A stretch of 64,000 bases of DNA from positions 576,001 to 640,000 of the forward strand of contig CBDDCA010000005.1 of NCBI GenBank assembly GCA_965226055.1, written 5' to 3'. This DNA comes from Spirochaetia bacterium. GTDB taxonomy: Bacteria; Spirochaetota; Spirochaetia; WTKD01; G963693115. This document shows, piece after piece, positions 29,973 to 40,131 of the stretch; position 1 is the stretch's first letter, and each line of letters opens with the position of its first letter. The position numbers and the translations under genes were made by a program. The notes under the pieces are model-generated. The model was not told the origin of the DNA. It saw only the letters and a program-made list of their open reading frames with translations, and did no database searches.

Positions 29973-32900
29973 CATTATCACTCGTATGTTCTTGCATACC
30001 ATCCATCTTTCTCTGCACTAACACATCAAATAACTCATCCTCTTCCTTTTTCTGTGTCACTGGAACTAATTCGGCATTACGCAAATAATATATATAACAA
30101 CATATATGTGTGTTCTCTACTGCAGGAAACATTTTTTTTGCAGCAAGTTCATAAGAAGAAAGCTGTAAAAAATGACTCTCAGGATACCGATATGAATCAA
30201 CCTTAAAATCCACTACATATACTTTTTCTTTATCATATACAAGAAAATCAATAATACCGTTTAACCATACACCGTGTTTTTTATTCCATAACAAAAACGG
30301 ACTTTCAGTTTTCCTTATTGCGTCACTTGAAAATCCCCTATAAAAAGATGATGCTACAAACTTATACATAAGCTCTTTTGCCGTGTCAATAAATAGCTTT
30401 TGTTCATCATCGCGTAGGGTAGCAAGTACACGAGCAAGTTTGCGATTAGCCTGTTCGGGCTTTATGTGTCTTTCTGAGATATACTCGCTTATCAGGGCAT
30501 GACAGTACACACCAAAATCAGAGTATATCTTGTATTTCTTCAGTATTGCTTCACATGGTAAATCTGGAAGATGAAAACTTTTATCATAATCTTGTTGCTT
30601 TGTATAATAGGGAGATTTTGATGTTACAAACTCAATAACTCTCGTCTTCTCTGTAGACACCTCACTTTCTTGCAACGCAGTATCAATGCTCTTTTTCGTG
30701 CTTGTTGTGTGAACATACTGATTACTCAGAAGCTCCTTTGCTTGTACTTCTATTTCAGACAACATACTATTATTGACCAACATATGTATACTATCAAAAG
30801 AACGATTATCGGCATGATCAGAACCATGAGCATGGGTATGAGAGCTACTAGTAAATGGTAATGTAGTAAGCACAGTCTGTAAATAGTCAAGAAATGTACT
30901 GTGTTTTACTGTACCTTCATCAAAAAAAGATGGCTTTGCATATGCTCCACTGAGAAACAAACGCTCTTTTGCACGTGTCATAGCAACATACAATATACGC
31001 AATGGCTCGCCAGCTTGTCTATCCTCATCAAAGAGGAGAAAAGCAGTATTCATAATATCATTATCGTTCTGAGAAGTATCGTTAGTACGCAAAAGCTTAT
31101 GCGTACTAACGATACTCTTCTTATGTTCACTTGAGGACACATTCGAAGAAGATGATACAGAAGAAAGCGTTTGAGGTAAGCGCATAACCACCTGCTGTGC
31201 ATGAATGTTCACCTTATGCTTTGAAGGAGGAAAAATCTTGCTTCCCAATCCCATAACAAATACCACAGGAAACTCTAATCCTTTTGAAGCATGAATAGTC
31301 ATGATTTGCACCCCCGAACCTTGTGTACTCACATCACTGATAGGAGTAGTATGGGAAGAAATGCCATTATATACATCTAAGTTATTTCGTAGCATAGTAT
31401 GAGTATGTACTATCCCTCCTCCTTCCTGCTGTTGCTGTAAAAAAGAACGCAACACATAATAGGTATCAAGAAAACTATGATAGTTTGGATATGCTAATAT
31501 TGTGTACCTATATCCACACCGTAACCAAAAATCATCTAATATATCAACTGCCACCCCATCCTTTAACAATGTCTTAGCTTCATTATATCGCTCATGTAAA
31601 ACATGCACATGCTGTATTGCTTGGGCATACTGCAAATCTTTCTGTAACTCCTGTGGTATTGTAAAAATATCATTGTTCTCTAACAACAGAGATAGCACCA
31701 CAGAATCAGATATATTAGCAAGAGGACTTCGCAACACCGCTGCATATGCGCTTCTATCTTCAGGGTATAACAATAAGCTAAACCACGCATAAAAATCAAA
31801 CCCTATATCCATACGAAGCCCCATACCAGCTTCATTGATACTATAAGGAATACTGAGTATAGTAAAATATTTTAACAAATAAGGAAACATATTTTTGTTT
31901 TTACTCAACACCGCAATATCCTCATATGCGTATTTTTTCTCTTTCCATAACGATTGTATATTTCGAGCAATATCGTATGCTTCTAGCTCTTTAGAAGAAA
32001 GTGTATAAGATGCTTCCTCTTCTTCTCGATACAATGTCAATACTACAGGATACTCCTCAGGCACTATAGTTTCACTGTGACTCTCTGAGTGAGCATCCTG
32101 TGATACCATAGAAGCAAGCTGTGTTTGATACTGCACTGAACTAGGATTAAAGATCCTTTGTAGTTGTAGATCTTTATTATTGAACAAAACATCAAATACC
32201 ACATTAAAAAAATGAATGAGCAGATGACTACTTCGATGATTATGACGTAAATACAATGTTTCTTGCATTTCACTGTTCATAGCAGTAAAACTTTGTACCT
32301 CTGCTCCCCTAAAAGAATAAATGGACTGTTGAGGATCTCCCACAAAATAAAACTTTTGTTCTTCAAGAAACAACTCATCCTTTTGAGTACGTATTGACCG
32401 TGTTTTCTCTGAATCTTGTTTAGAAAGATTATATAAAAATGACTTTTGTTGAAAATTATTATCTTGAGCTTCGTCCACAATAATAAAACGATACGAAGAA
32501 GCAAACCATTGTTGTACATCAGGATAATTGTCCAATACTGTACTTGCAAGGTTGGCAATATCAGAAAATGAAAATAGTAAATTTTGTTTTCTATATACAA
32601 TCCAGTCCTGTGCTAACTGCTGTATCACCGTATACAACAATGTATATACATGTGGCACATGCCCCTCATGTTTAAGAAGATCCTCTATACGCTTCGATTC
32701 AAATATCAGCTCCTTACATGCCTTAAACATATCCTTTTCTTTTGCTGATACCAGCTTACCAAAATTTCCTCTAAAGTCTATGTTACCTAACTGTTCCACA
32801 ACAAACGGTGCATCTACCTCCGACCATTCTTTCTGCGATACAGCCTCATATATTGAGAAGAAAGCATTCGCTCTCTTCTTCACTGACTCAGCATCATCTT

Positions 32901-33663
32901 CTTCTATCACTCTCTTAAAAACATCGTTAAGATAAGAAATTTTTTCTATAATGTCTGCATGAAAACTATGCAACATATGTTGCACTCTGTTCTTGCATTG
33001 CTCAAAAATAGCATTGATATCAAAAAACTTCTCTCTATGTTCTGCATTAAGATTTTGCAAAGCAGGAAATATATAATCAGAAATAACCTCATCAATATCC
33101 ATTATAGATACAATCTCAATAATAGCCTCACTGTTCTTTTTTTGTTTGAAAATCCATCGAAACACAAAATCTCGTAACTCTTTGTTATAATGAGCACTAT
33201 AATGAATTCCTCCCATATATCCTAATCTGTTTGCTGCAATATTAGCAATACGTAAACAAAAAGAATCAATAGTTGAAATCTGAGCATCTATATAATGCGA
33301 TAATTGCTCTTCAAGAAAATCTACATCTTCTTTTGAAAGAGCAACTCCTATATGAGAACGAGTCTCTATAGCTTGTAGTATTTGCTTTCGAATACGAGCA
33401 TGCATCTCAGCACTTGCCTTTATAGTAAATGTAAGAACTAATATCTGCGACAATGGAACTTTTTTTGAAAGCATAAGATATACCACACGCATAGCCAACA
33501 CTGTTGTTTTTCCACTTCCTGCACCAGCTACCACTACCGCATTGTCCACCACCCTAGCGGCTTTTTTTTGTTCCTCTGTAAGCTGTAGTGTTTTCTTTTG
33601 TGTAGCTACACTATCTTTACTACTTTGCATATCACTTTGCATTGCAACACTATGATAACACAT
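29956..33663 (-). CDS. addA: AddA/RecB-like UvrD helicase-nuclease
   Basis: AGAGSGKT, DEAQD, GDPQQSIYSFRGA, MTIHASKGLEF, LYVAMTRAK; C-terminal GIID...VDFK...QL..Y nuclease motif. Start uncertain. Confidence 0.88.
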   Translation of the reverse strand: MCYHSVAMQSDMQSSKDSVATQKKTLQLTEEQKKAARVVDNAVVVAGAGSGKTTVLAMRVVYLMLSKKVPLSQILVLTFTIKASAEMHARIRKQILQAIETRSHIGVALSKEDVDFLEEQLSHYIDAQISTIDSFCLRIANIAANRLGYMGGIHYSAHYNKELRDFVFRWIFKQKKNSEAIIEIVSIMDIDEVISDYIFPALQNLNAEHREKFFDINAIFEQCKNRVQHMLHSFHADIIEKISYLNDVFKRVIEEDDAESVKKRANAFFSIYEAVSQKEWSEVDAPFVVEQLGNIDFRGNFGKLVSAKEKDMFKACKELIFESKRIEDLLKHEGHVPHVYTLLYTVIQQLAQDWIVYRKQNLLFSFSDIANLASTVLDNYPDVQQWFASSYRFIIVDEAQDNNFQQKSFLYNLSKQDSEKTRSIRTQKDELFLEEQKFYFVGDPQQSIYSFRGAEVQSFTAMNSEMQETLYLRHNHRSSHLLIHFFNVVFDVLFNNKDLQLQRIFNPSSVQYQTQLASMVSQDAHSESHSETIVPEEYPVVLTLYREEEEASYTLSSKELEAYDIARNIQSLWKEKKYAYEDIAVLSKNKNMFPYLLKYFTILSIPYSINEAGMGLRMDIGFDFYAWFSLLLYPEDRSAYAAVLRSPLANISDSVVLSLLLENNDIFTIPQELQKDLQYAQAIQHVHVLHERYNEAKTLLKDGVAVDILDDFWLRCGYRYTILAYPNYHSFLDTYYVLRSFLQQQQEGGGIVHTHTMLRNNLDVYNGISSHTTPISDVSTQGSGVQIMTIHASKGLEFPVVFVMGLGSKIFPPSKHKVNIHAQQVVMRLPQTLSSVSSSSNVSSSEHKKSIVSTHKLLRTNDTSQNDNDIMNTAFLLFDEDRQAGEPLRILYVAMTRAKERLFLSGAYAKPSFFDEGTVKHSTFLDYLQTVLTTLPFTSSSHTHAHGSDHADNRSFDSIHMLVNNSMLSEIEVQAKELLSNQYVHTTSTKKSIDTALQESEVSTEKTRVIEFVTSKSPYYTKQQDYDKSFHLPDLPCEAILKKYKIYSDFGVYCHALISEYISERHIKPEQANRKLARVLATLRDDEQKLFIDTAKELMYKFVASSFYRGFSSDAIRKTESPFLLWNKKHGVWLNGIIDFLVYDKEKVYVVDFKVDSYRYPESHFLQLSSYELAAKKMFPAVENTHICCYIYYLRNAELVPVTQKKEEDELFDVLVQRKMDGMQEHTSDNVIEMR

Positions 33664-33664
33664 A

Positions 33665-36600
33665 TCAATCTCTATTCCTATATATAAAACATTGTTCTCG
33701 TAAAATTAAAGACACAATAAAATTTTCTACTATACTCTCTTTCTTATTTTTCACATCAGTATCTGTGTCTACAAACAAACGAGAAAAATCCAACTGATAC
33801 ACAGAAGACAAAGCATGCAATAAATTCTCTTCTATAGTAGAAAGAAACATATGTATCTTCTCCGTACGCTTTCGCATAGCTGTTTGTGTACGAGGAGATG
33901 GCATATATTCTGAAACATCTCCTTTTCCAATATCACTATTATATTTTTGTAGCGTTTGCTCTATATAATCAAGCATGTGCAGAGAACTACTTTCATGTAA
34001 TGCTTGAGGCACAGGAAACACTGTATTATACAGAGACATATCTTTGTAGCTATCGGCAATATAATACAATGCTCCTTTTACATATCCCACCATTCCATCA
34101 GCAGTAGAAGTCCCCCCCTCTTTCCCTTGAGCAGTAGCATCATTGTCTTCTTTTATACTTGACATCTGATAAAACAAAAAATGAGTATGCTTACTTACAA
34201 GTACATGATAGGCCCACAGCTGTGTAAAATAACGTTCAAGCATTTGAGCATTGGTACTTTTACGCAGTTTATAATCAAAAAAACTATAGTACTCCTCTCC
34301 TTGATGAGAAAAACATAGATCAGGTTTGCCTTGTAATACAAAAGGAGGAAATTGTATATCATTACACATAATTTCAGAAAGATCAAAATCAATAGACTCT
34401 TCAATGATATGTATTGATGATTTCTGAGTATAGAGAGCATACAACAACACTGACATAAAACGATAGAGTAACACTTCATCAAAGGCATGCTCTATTGACT
34501 GTTGCATAAAGAAATACAATGATTCGTTCACTAAGCGTTGCATAAACAAAGCCTTGCCTTCTGCAACAATATCAGGCACCAACGATAAAAGTACATCAAG
34601 CTGTGACTGAGAATCAATAGCTCCAGAATCTCCCATCGTCTGTATATGCTTTGCTACCATTGATGCCATATGTGCAAATGTCTCATGAATAAGCGAACTA
34701 AAAAGCATTCTCTCAGAATACAAAAAAATATTTTGTGCAAACAACTCTCGTATCTGAAAAACATTGTTCAACATATACACCATTGGATTTTCAAGAACAA
34801 GCGATAAATTGCTAGGATGTATATGTGAATGAAGCATACTTTTTTTATGAACATTCTTATGCGTAAGATTTCTTTGATATTTTTCTCGCACCTTTTTGTC
34901 AACAGCATGGGTAAAGAAAGAAGCATTTTTTGTAGCACTCTGAATATGTTGTTGATACTCCAATCCTTGTTTTTGTACGGACGATATTGTACAAAAAGAT
35001 GTTTCTGTTTCTGCAATAGCTCCCTGTCTCTCCTTATTATTGTGTGTATGTATAGAACTACACAGCTTTTCCCAGTACTGTTGTTCTTTTTGAAAAGTAT
35101 CCACAACAAACGCAGGCTCTATATTGTTCCAAAATGCAGGATCAGGCTGTACTCCGTCTGGACTCTGTGCAGAAAAGCTAAACGCAACAGTATCAGAACA
35201 ATAATCAAGACTAGACTGTATATACTGATTTCGTTTCTCATAGCGCTGTTGTAACGCATCACTCATATAGCGCTTACTTAGCATCTCATGAAAGAATGTA
35301 GGCTTTGAAAGCACTCTAGCAAATGCGTTCTGATTACACCCAATATAGTATTGATACGCATATTCACAATACAGAGAATGAGGAAACACACACAAAGCAA
35401 CAGAAGATTGTGTATGACTATCACTATCATGTCTCCTATACTGAGTAAGGTGGGCACGTAACACATGAAATGGAGATTTTGCAATCTCTTTCTCAAAATT
35501 ATCATATGTTTGTTCCATATGCTTACTGAGAACAACATAATCATCCAGTGTTTCATATAACTGCTTTAGCCACACAATACCCTCTAATGCATCCTGACAC
35601 ATATATGTATCAATGAGAACATGCACACTCTCTCTCAATTCTACAAAACTGCTTGCCTGTACAATAGTACGAAACATATGTTGAATACTAAAAAAATACT
35701 CGTATATAGTAAGGGTATGTACTGCTCTTTGCTCTTTCCTATGTTCCATAGCCTCCAATTCATCTGTATTTTCATCTATATTATTTGTATAGCCATGTGT
35801 ATGCTGTTCATTATCTTCATTCAGATGATCATTTTTCTTAACTTCACGAGCAAGCACTTTTTTCCATAACGATAAATCATTACTATCGTTTGGGATTTTT
35901 TCATATCCAAGTTGAACAATACGAACATGCATAGCTCGTTGTTTCCATGGGATACGTGGATCCATAAACAAATTTTGCAATGTATGTACAGTACATCCTT
36001 TGGAATACAGTTGCCACATATGTTCTAACAAAGGAAAATGTTGCACCATATGTATATCCTGTAAAACGATACCATATTGCTTTGCAGTACTATATATATC
36101 TTCTATTATTGTTGGATTATTATCACACAATGTTATTGCAATAGAATGTGGCTCAACAGAAGTAAGTTTTTCTTGAATACTTTTACAAACATAGTGGAGT
36201 TCCTGTCTTGTATACATAAATTTCTTTATTGTTTTTTGAGAATATGCTGATACACTCATAGTTTGCATGTACTCCATGTAGTCAGAAAAACTACATTGTG
36301 TATAAGGAGCATCATTACTCTTATGTTCTGTATAAGCAGATGCCATAGTATCGTTTTGTTTTCTATTTGATATATCCTGAAAAAAACACATACTATTCAT
36401 CACTTCATTTTGATATAAATACAAAAAACGAGATTGTTGTTCATTGCTCAGCAACTGTGGAAACAAAAACACAAACATATCATCAATACAGATATGTTGT
36501 TTTACGAGCAATGTAGGCAACACTAATGTATCTATACAGTTACTCTTGGTAAGTATCTGTACATACGATGCGTAAAACACCTCTATACAATGCACAAAAA

Positions 36601-37024
36601 AATCATTATCGCTACAAGTGTGTAGTATAAGGTGATATGCTTGTAATAAAGCCTCAAACTTCAACACATAGTTTTGTGAAAATTCCTCTAAAGAAATACT
36701 ATTATTAGCACTATCAATCTGTTCAAGTCTAAAAAGCATATTCTGTACCTCTTTTTGTTGAAGCACCATACTTAAGAGTATATGTCGTTCCTTACGAGAC
36801 AGAGAATACATCAATTCACATTGTTGTATATCAAGAGAAGAAAGATATTTGCGAGACAGAAAATCAAATACCGATGAACTATTCATACAGTATTCTAAAG
36901 ATACAATATCTACATGCTCACTTAACTGACGACACCAAAAATTTCGCAATTCCTCTGTTGGAAAAACAATATATCGCTTATGGTAAATAGAATCAATAAG
37001 ATATTGAAGTATGTTACTATGCAC
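33665..37024 (-). CDS. AddB-like PD-(D/E)XK nuclease subunit (divergent)
   Basis: Adjacent to addA; C-terminal GKPD...FDYK...QLWAY. Confidence 0.7.
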   Translation of the reverse strand: MHSNILQYLIDSIYHKRYIVFPTEELRNFWCRQLSEHVDIVSLEYCMNSSSVFDFLSRKYLSSLDIQQCELMYSLSRKERHILLSMVLQQKEVQNMLFRLEQIDSANNSISLEEFSQNYVLKFEALLQAYHLILHTCSDNDFFVHCIEVFYASYVQILTKSNCIDTLVLPTLLVKQHICIDDMFVFLFPQLLSNEQQSRFLYLYQNEVMNSMCFFQDISNRKQNDTMASAYTEHKSNDAPYTQCSFSDYMEYMQTMSVSAYSQKTIKKFMYTRQELHYVCKSIQEKLTSVEPHSIAITLCDNNPTIIEDIYSTAKQYGIVLQDIHMVQHFPLLEHMWQLYSKGCTVHTLQNLFMDPRIPWKQRAMHVRIVQLGYEKIPNDSNDLSLWKKVLAREVKKNDHLNEDNEQHTHGYTNNIDENTDELEAMEHRKEQRAVHTLTIYEYFFSIQHMFRTIVQASSFVELRESVHVLIDTYMCQDALEGIVWLKQLYETLDDYVVLSKHMEQTYDNFEKEIAKSPFHVLRAHLTQYRRHDSDSHTQSSVALCVFPHSLYCEYAYQYYIGCNQNAFARVLSKPTFFHEMLSKRYMSDALQQRYEKRNQYIQSSLDYCSDTVAFSFSAQSPDGVQPDPAFWNNIEPAFVVDTFQKEQQYWEKLCSSIHTHNNKERQGAIAETETSFCTISSVQKQGLEYQQHIQSATKNASFFTHAVDKKVREKYQRNLTHKNVHKKSMLHSHIHPSNLSLVLENPMVYMLNNVFQIRELFAQNIFLYSERMLFSSLIHETFAHMASMVAKHIQTMGDSGAIDSQSQLDVLLSLVPDIVAEGKALFMQRLVNESLYFFMQQSIEHAFDEVLLYRFMSVLLYALYTQKSSIHIIEESIDFDLSEIMCNDIQFPPFVLQGKPDLCFSHQGEEYYSFFDYKLRKSTNAQMLERYFTQLWAYHVLVSKHTHFLFYQMSSIKEDNDATAQGKEGGTSTADGMVGYVKGALYYIADSYKDMSLYNTVFPVPQALHESSSLHMLDYIEQTLQKYNSDIGKGDVSEYMPSPRTQTAMRKRTEKIHMFLSTIEENLLHALSSVYQLDFSRLFVDTDTDVKNKKESIVENFIVSLILREQCFIYRNRD

Positions 37025-37093
37025 TATCTAAAGTATACACTAATACTCTCTTTCCTACATAGTGCATAGCATTACATACATTATATTCTTTCT

Positions 37094-40060
37094 TTAATAC
37101 CAACTTGGCAGCGAGGTAACACCAGAACCTTGAAACATATTATCTTTGTTTATATTGTTTCCTACATTCCAATTTTCAAGATTCTTATCAAAGTTTTTTG
37201 CATGCGAAAACATCCAACTCATATTCGTAACATTACTCACATTCCAGCCTGATATATCACTATTAAATACAGAGGCTTTCAAAAACATATTTTTCATATC
37301 CGTAACATTTCCCACACTCCAATTCGATATATCGCCATTAAATACAGAAGCTCTATAAAACATACTACCCATATCTATAACATTTCCCACATTCCATTTT
37401 GATATATCTCCATTAAATACAGAAGCTCCATAAAACATACTACTCATATCGGTAACTTTACTTACATTCCATTTTGATATATCTCCATTAAACGCCTCTG
37501 CAGAGATAAACATATCACTCATATCCCTAACATTACTCACGTCCCACTCTGATATATCGCCATTAAATACAGAAGCTCCATAAAACATACTACTCATATC
37601 TATAACATTACTCACATCCCAGCCTGATATATCGCCATTAAAATTCCTTTTATGTGCAAATAAATCACTCATATCCTTTATAGCACTTGTATCTATTTCG
37701 TTTAGGTTTGCAGTATTTCCTTCTTTCTTTAATACTGTTTCAATAGCTTCCTTTAATGTATCTTTATTATATGGAATGTATCGTATATCATATGCTACTG
37801 ATATTTTAGTAGCCCAACTTGGCAATGAAGTTACCCCAGAATATGAAAACATCTTATATTGATCTACATTTCCTTCTATATTCCATCTTTCAAGTTCTTG
37901 ATTAAACTTTTTTGCTCTATAAAACATCCAACTCATATCCGTAACACTTCCCACATCCCAGCCTGATACATCTCTATTAAACACTTTTACACTCGCAAAC
38001 ATCCAACCCATATCCCTAACATTACTCACATTCCATCCTGATATATCACTATTAAATGCATCTGCATAGTGAAACATACCTCTCATATTCGTAACACTAC
38101 TCACATTCCAATCTGATATATCTCCATTAAACGCCTCTGCAAAACCAAACATTCCACTCATACCCCTAACATTTCCTACATTCCATCCTGATAGATCTTG
38201 ATTAAACTTTTTTGCTTTAAAGAACATACTACCCATACTGGTAACATTTCTCACATCCCAGCCCGATATATCTTGATTAAACCCTATTGCATGTGCAAAC
38301 ATACCATTCATATTTGTAACATTTCTCACATTCCACTTTGATATATCTCCATTAAACTTTGAAGCATAAAACATCTTACTCATATCTTTTACATTGCTTA
38401 CATCCCACTCTGATATATTGCCATTAAAATCACTTATATTTGCAAATAAATCACTCATATCCTTTATAGCACTTGTATCTATATTATTGAGATTTGCTTT
38501 TCTTCCTTGCTTCCGTATTTCTACTGCAATGACTTTATATAACTCAGACTTGTTTTGCGGACTGTGAGCATACGCCCCTGATGTTGTAGTAGCCGTAGTA
38601 GCCCAACTTGGCAGTGAACTTACTCCAGACCCTTGAAACATCTTATATTTGTTTACATTGTCTCCCACATTCCATCTTTCAAGATTCTTATCAAAAACCT
38701 TTGCATTATAAAACATCCTGTTCATATCTTTTACTTTACTTACATTCCAACCCGATATATCACTATTAAACGCATAGGCATACTCAAACATACTCCCCAT
38801 ATTTTCAACATTGCTTACATTCCATTTTGATATGTCTCCATTAAAATCTCCTGCTTGAGCAAACATTTTATCCATATTTGTAACATTGCTTACATCCCAC
38901 TCTGATATATCTCCATTAAAATCATTTATATTTACAAATAAATCACTCATATCCTTTATAGCACTTGTATCTATATTATTAAGATTTGCTTTTCTTCCTT
39001 GCTTCCATATTTCTACTGCAATGACTTTATATAACTCATCTTTGTTTTGCGGACTGTGAGCATACGCCCCTGATGTTGTAGTAGCCGTAGTAGCCCAACT
39101 TGGCAGTGGACTTACTCCAGACCCCTGAAACATCTTATATTTGTTTACATTGTCTCTCAAATTCCATCTTTCAAGATTTTTATCAAAAACCTTTGCATTA
39201 TAAAACATCCTGTTCATATCTTTTACTTTACTTACATCCCAGCCCGATATATCTCCATTAAATGTATCTGAATCATAAAACATACCACTCATATCCCTAA
39301 CATTTCCAACATCCCAGCTTGATATATCACCAGTAAACCCCGATCTATAGTAAGTTTCACTCCCAAACATCCAGCTCATATCTATAACATTACGCACATC
39401 CCACTTTGATATATCACTATTAAATACCGATGCTCCATAAAACATACCGTTCATATAAATGACTTTACTCACATCCCATCCCGATATATCTTGATTAAAT
39501 GCTGCTGAAAACTTAAACATGAAAGATATATTTTTTACATTCCCCACTTTCCATTTCGATATATCTTGGTTAAAACTTATGGCAGAATCAAACATCCTGC
39601 TCATATCCGTTACTTTACTTACATCCCATTTCGATATATCACTATTAAATGCATAGGCATACTCAAACATACGAGACATATTTGTAACCTTGCTTACATT
39701 CCATTTTGATATGTCTCCATTAAAATTTCCCGCTTGAGCAAACATTTTATACATATTTGTAACATTGCTTACATCCCACTCTGATATATCTCCGTTAAAA
39801 CTTCTTTTACTTGCAAATAAACCACTCATATCAGTGATAGCACTTGTATCTATATTATTAAGATTTGCTTTATTTCCTTTTATTCCTATTTCTACATCTA
39901 TAACTTTTTTTAAGTCAATCTTAGTTTTTGGACGATAACTAATATTCTTATTATACAATGACAATAACTCATCACAATTCATGAGAGACAGTAAAACTAC
40001 TATCATACATACAAAAAAGAAGGCTTTCTTTGTATGTTGAAAACTAAAAAATGAACGCAT
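37094..40060 (-). CDS. BspA/DUF285 repeat lipoprotein, 4 modules
   Basis: Lipobox LMN-C and 25-aa repeats W(D/N)VS.V..M..MF..A..FN.DIS. Start at ATG 40060 after SD AAGGAG. Confidence 0.88.
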   Translation of the reverse strand: MRSFFSFQHTKKAFFFVCMIVVLLSLMNCDELLSLYNKNISYRPKTKIDLKKVIDVEIGIKGNKANLNNIDTSAITDMSGLFASKRSFNGDISEWDVSNVTNMYKMFAQAGNFNGDISKWNVSKVTNMSRMFEYAYAFNSDISKWDVSKVTDMSRMFDSAISFNQDISKWKVGNVKNISFMFKFSAAFNQDISGWDVSKVIYMNGMFYGASVFNSDISKWDVRNVIDMSWMFGSETYYRSGFTGDISSWDVGNVRDMSGMFYDSDTFNGDISGWDVSKVKDMNRMFYNAKVFDKNLERWNLRDNVNKYKMFQGSGVSPLPSWATTATTTSGAYAHSPQNKDELYKVIAVEIWKQGRKANLNNIDTSAIKDMSDLFVNINDFNGDISEWDVSNVTNMDKMFAQAGDFNGDISKWNVSNVENMGSMFEYAYAFNSDISGWNVSKVKDMNRMFYNAKVFDKNLERWNVGDNVNKYKMFQGSGVSSLPSWATTATTTSGAYAHSPQNKSELYKVIAVEIRKQGRKANLNNIDTSAIKDMSDLFANISDFNGNISEWDVSNVKDMSKMFYASKFNGDISKWNVRNVTNMNGMFAHAIGFNQDISGWDVRNVTSMGSMFFKAKKFNQDLSGWNVGNVRGMSGMFGFAEAFNGDISDWNVSSVTNMRGMFHYADAFNSDISGWNVSNVRDMGWMFASVKVFNRDVSGWDVGSVTDMSWMFYRAKKFNQELERWNIEGNVDQYKMFSYSGVTSLPSWATKISVAYDIRYIPYNKDTLKEAIETVLKKEGNTANLNEIDTSAIKDMSDLFAHKRNFNGDISGWDVSNVIDMSSMFYGASVFNGDISEWDVSNVRDMSDMFISAEAFNGDISKWNVSKVTDMSSMFYGASVFNGDISKWNVGNVIDMGSMFYRASVFNGDISNWSVGNVTDMKNMFLKASVFNSDISGWNVSNVTNMSWMFSHAKNFDKNLENWNVGNNINKDNMFQGSGVTSLPSWY

Positions 40061-40131
40061 AGTATTCTCCTTTATTTTCATATGAAAATATTCAATTACA
40101 TTATATCATAAAACATATATAACAACAATAC

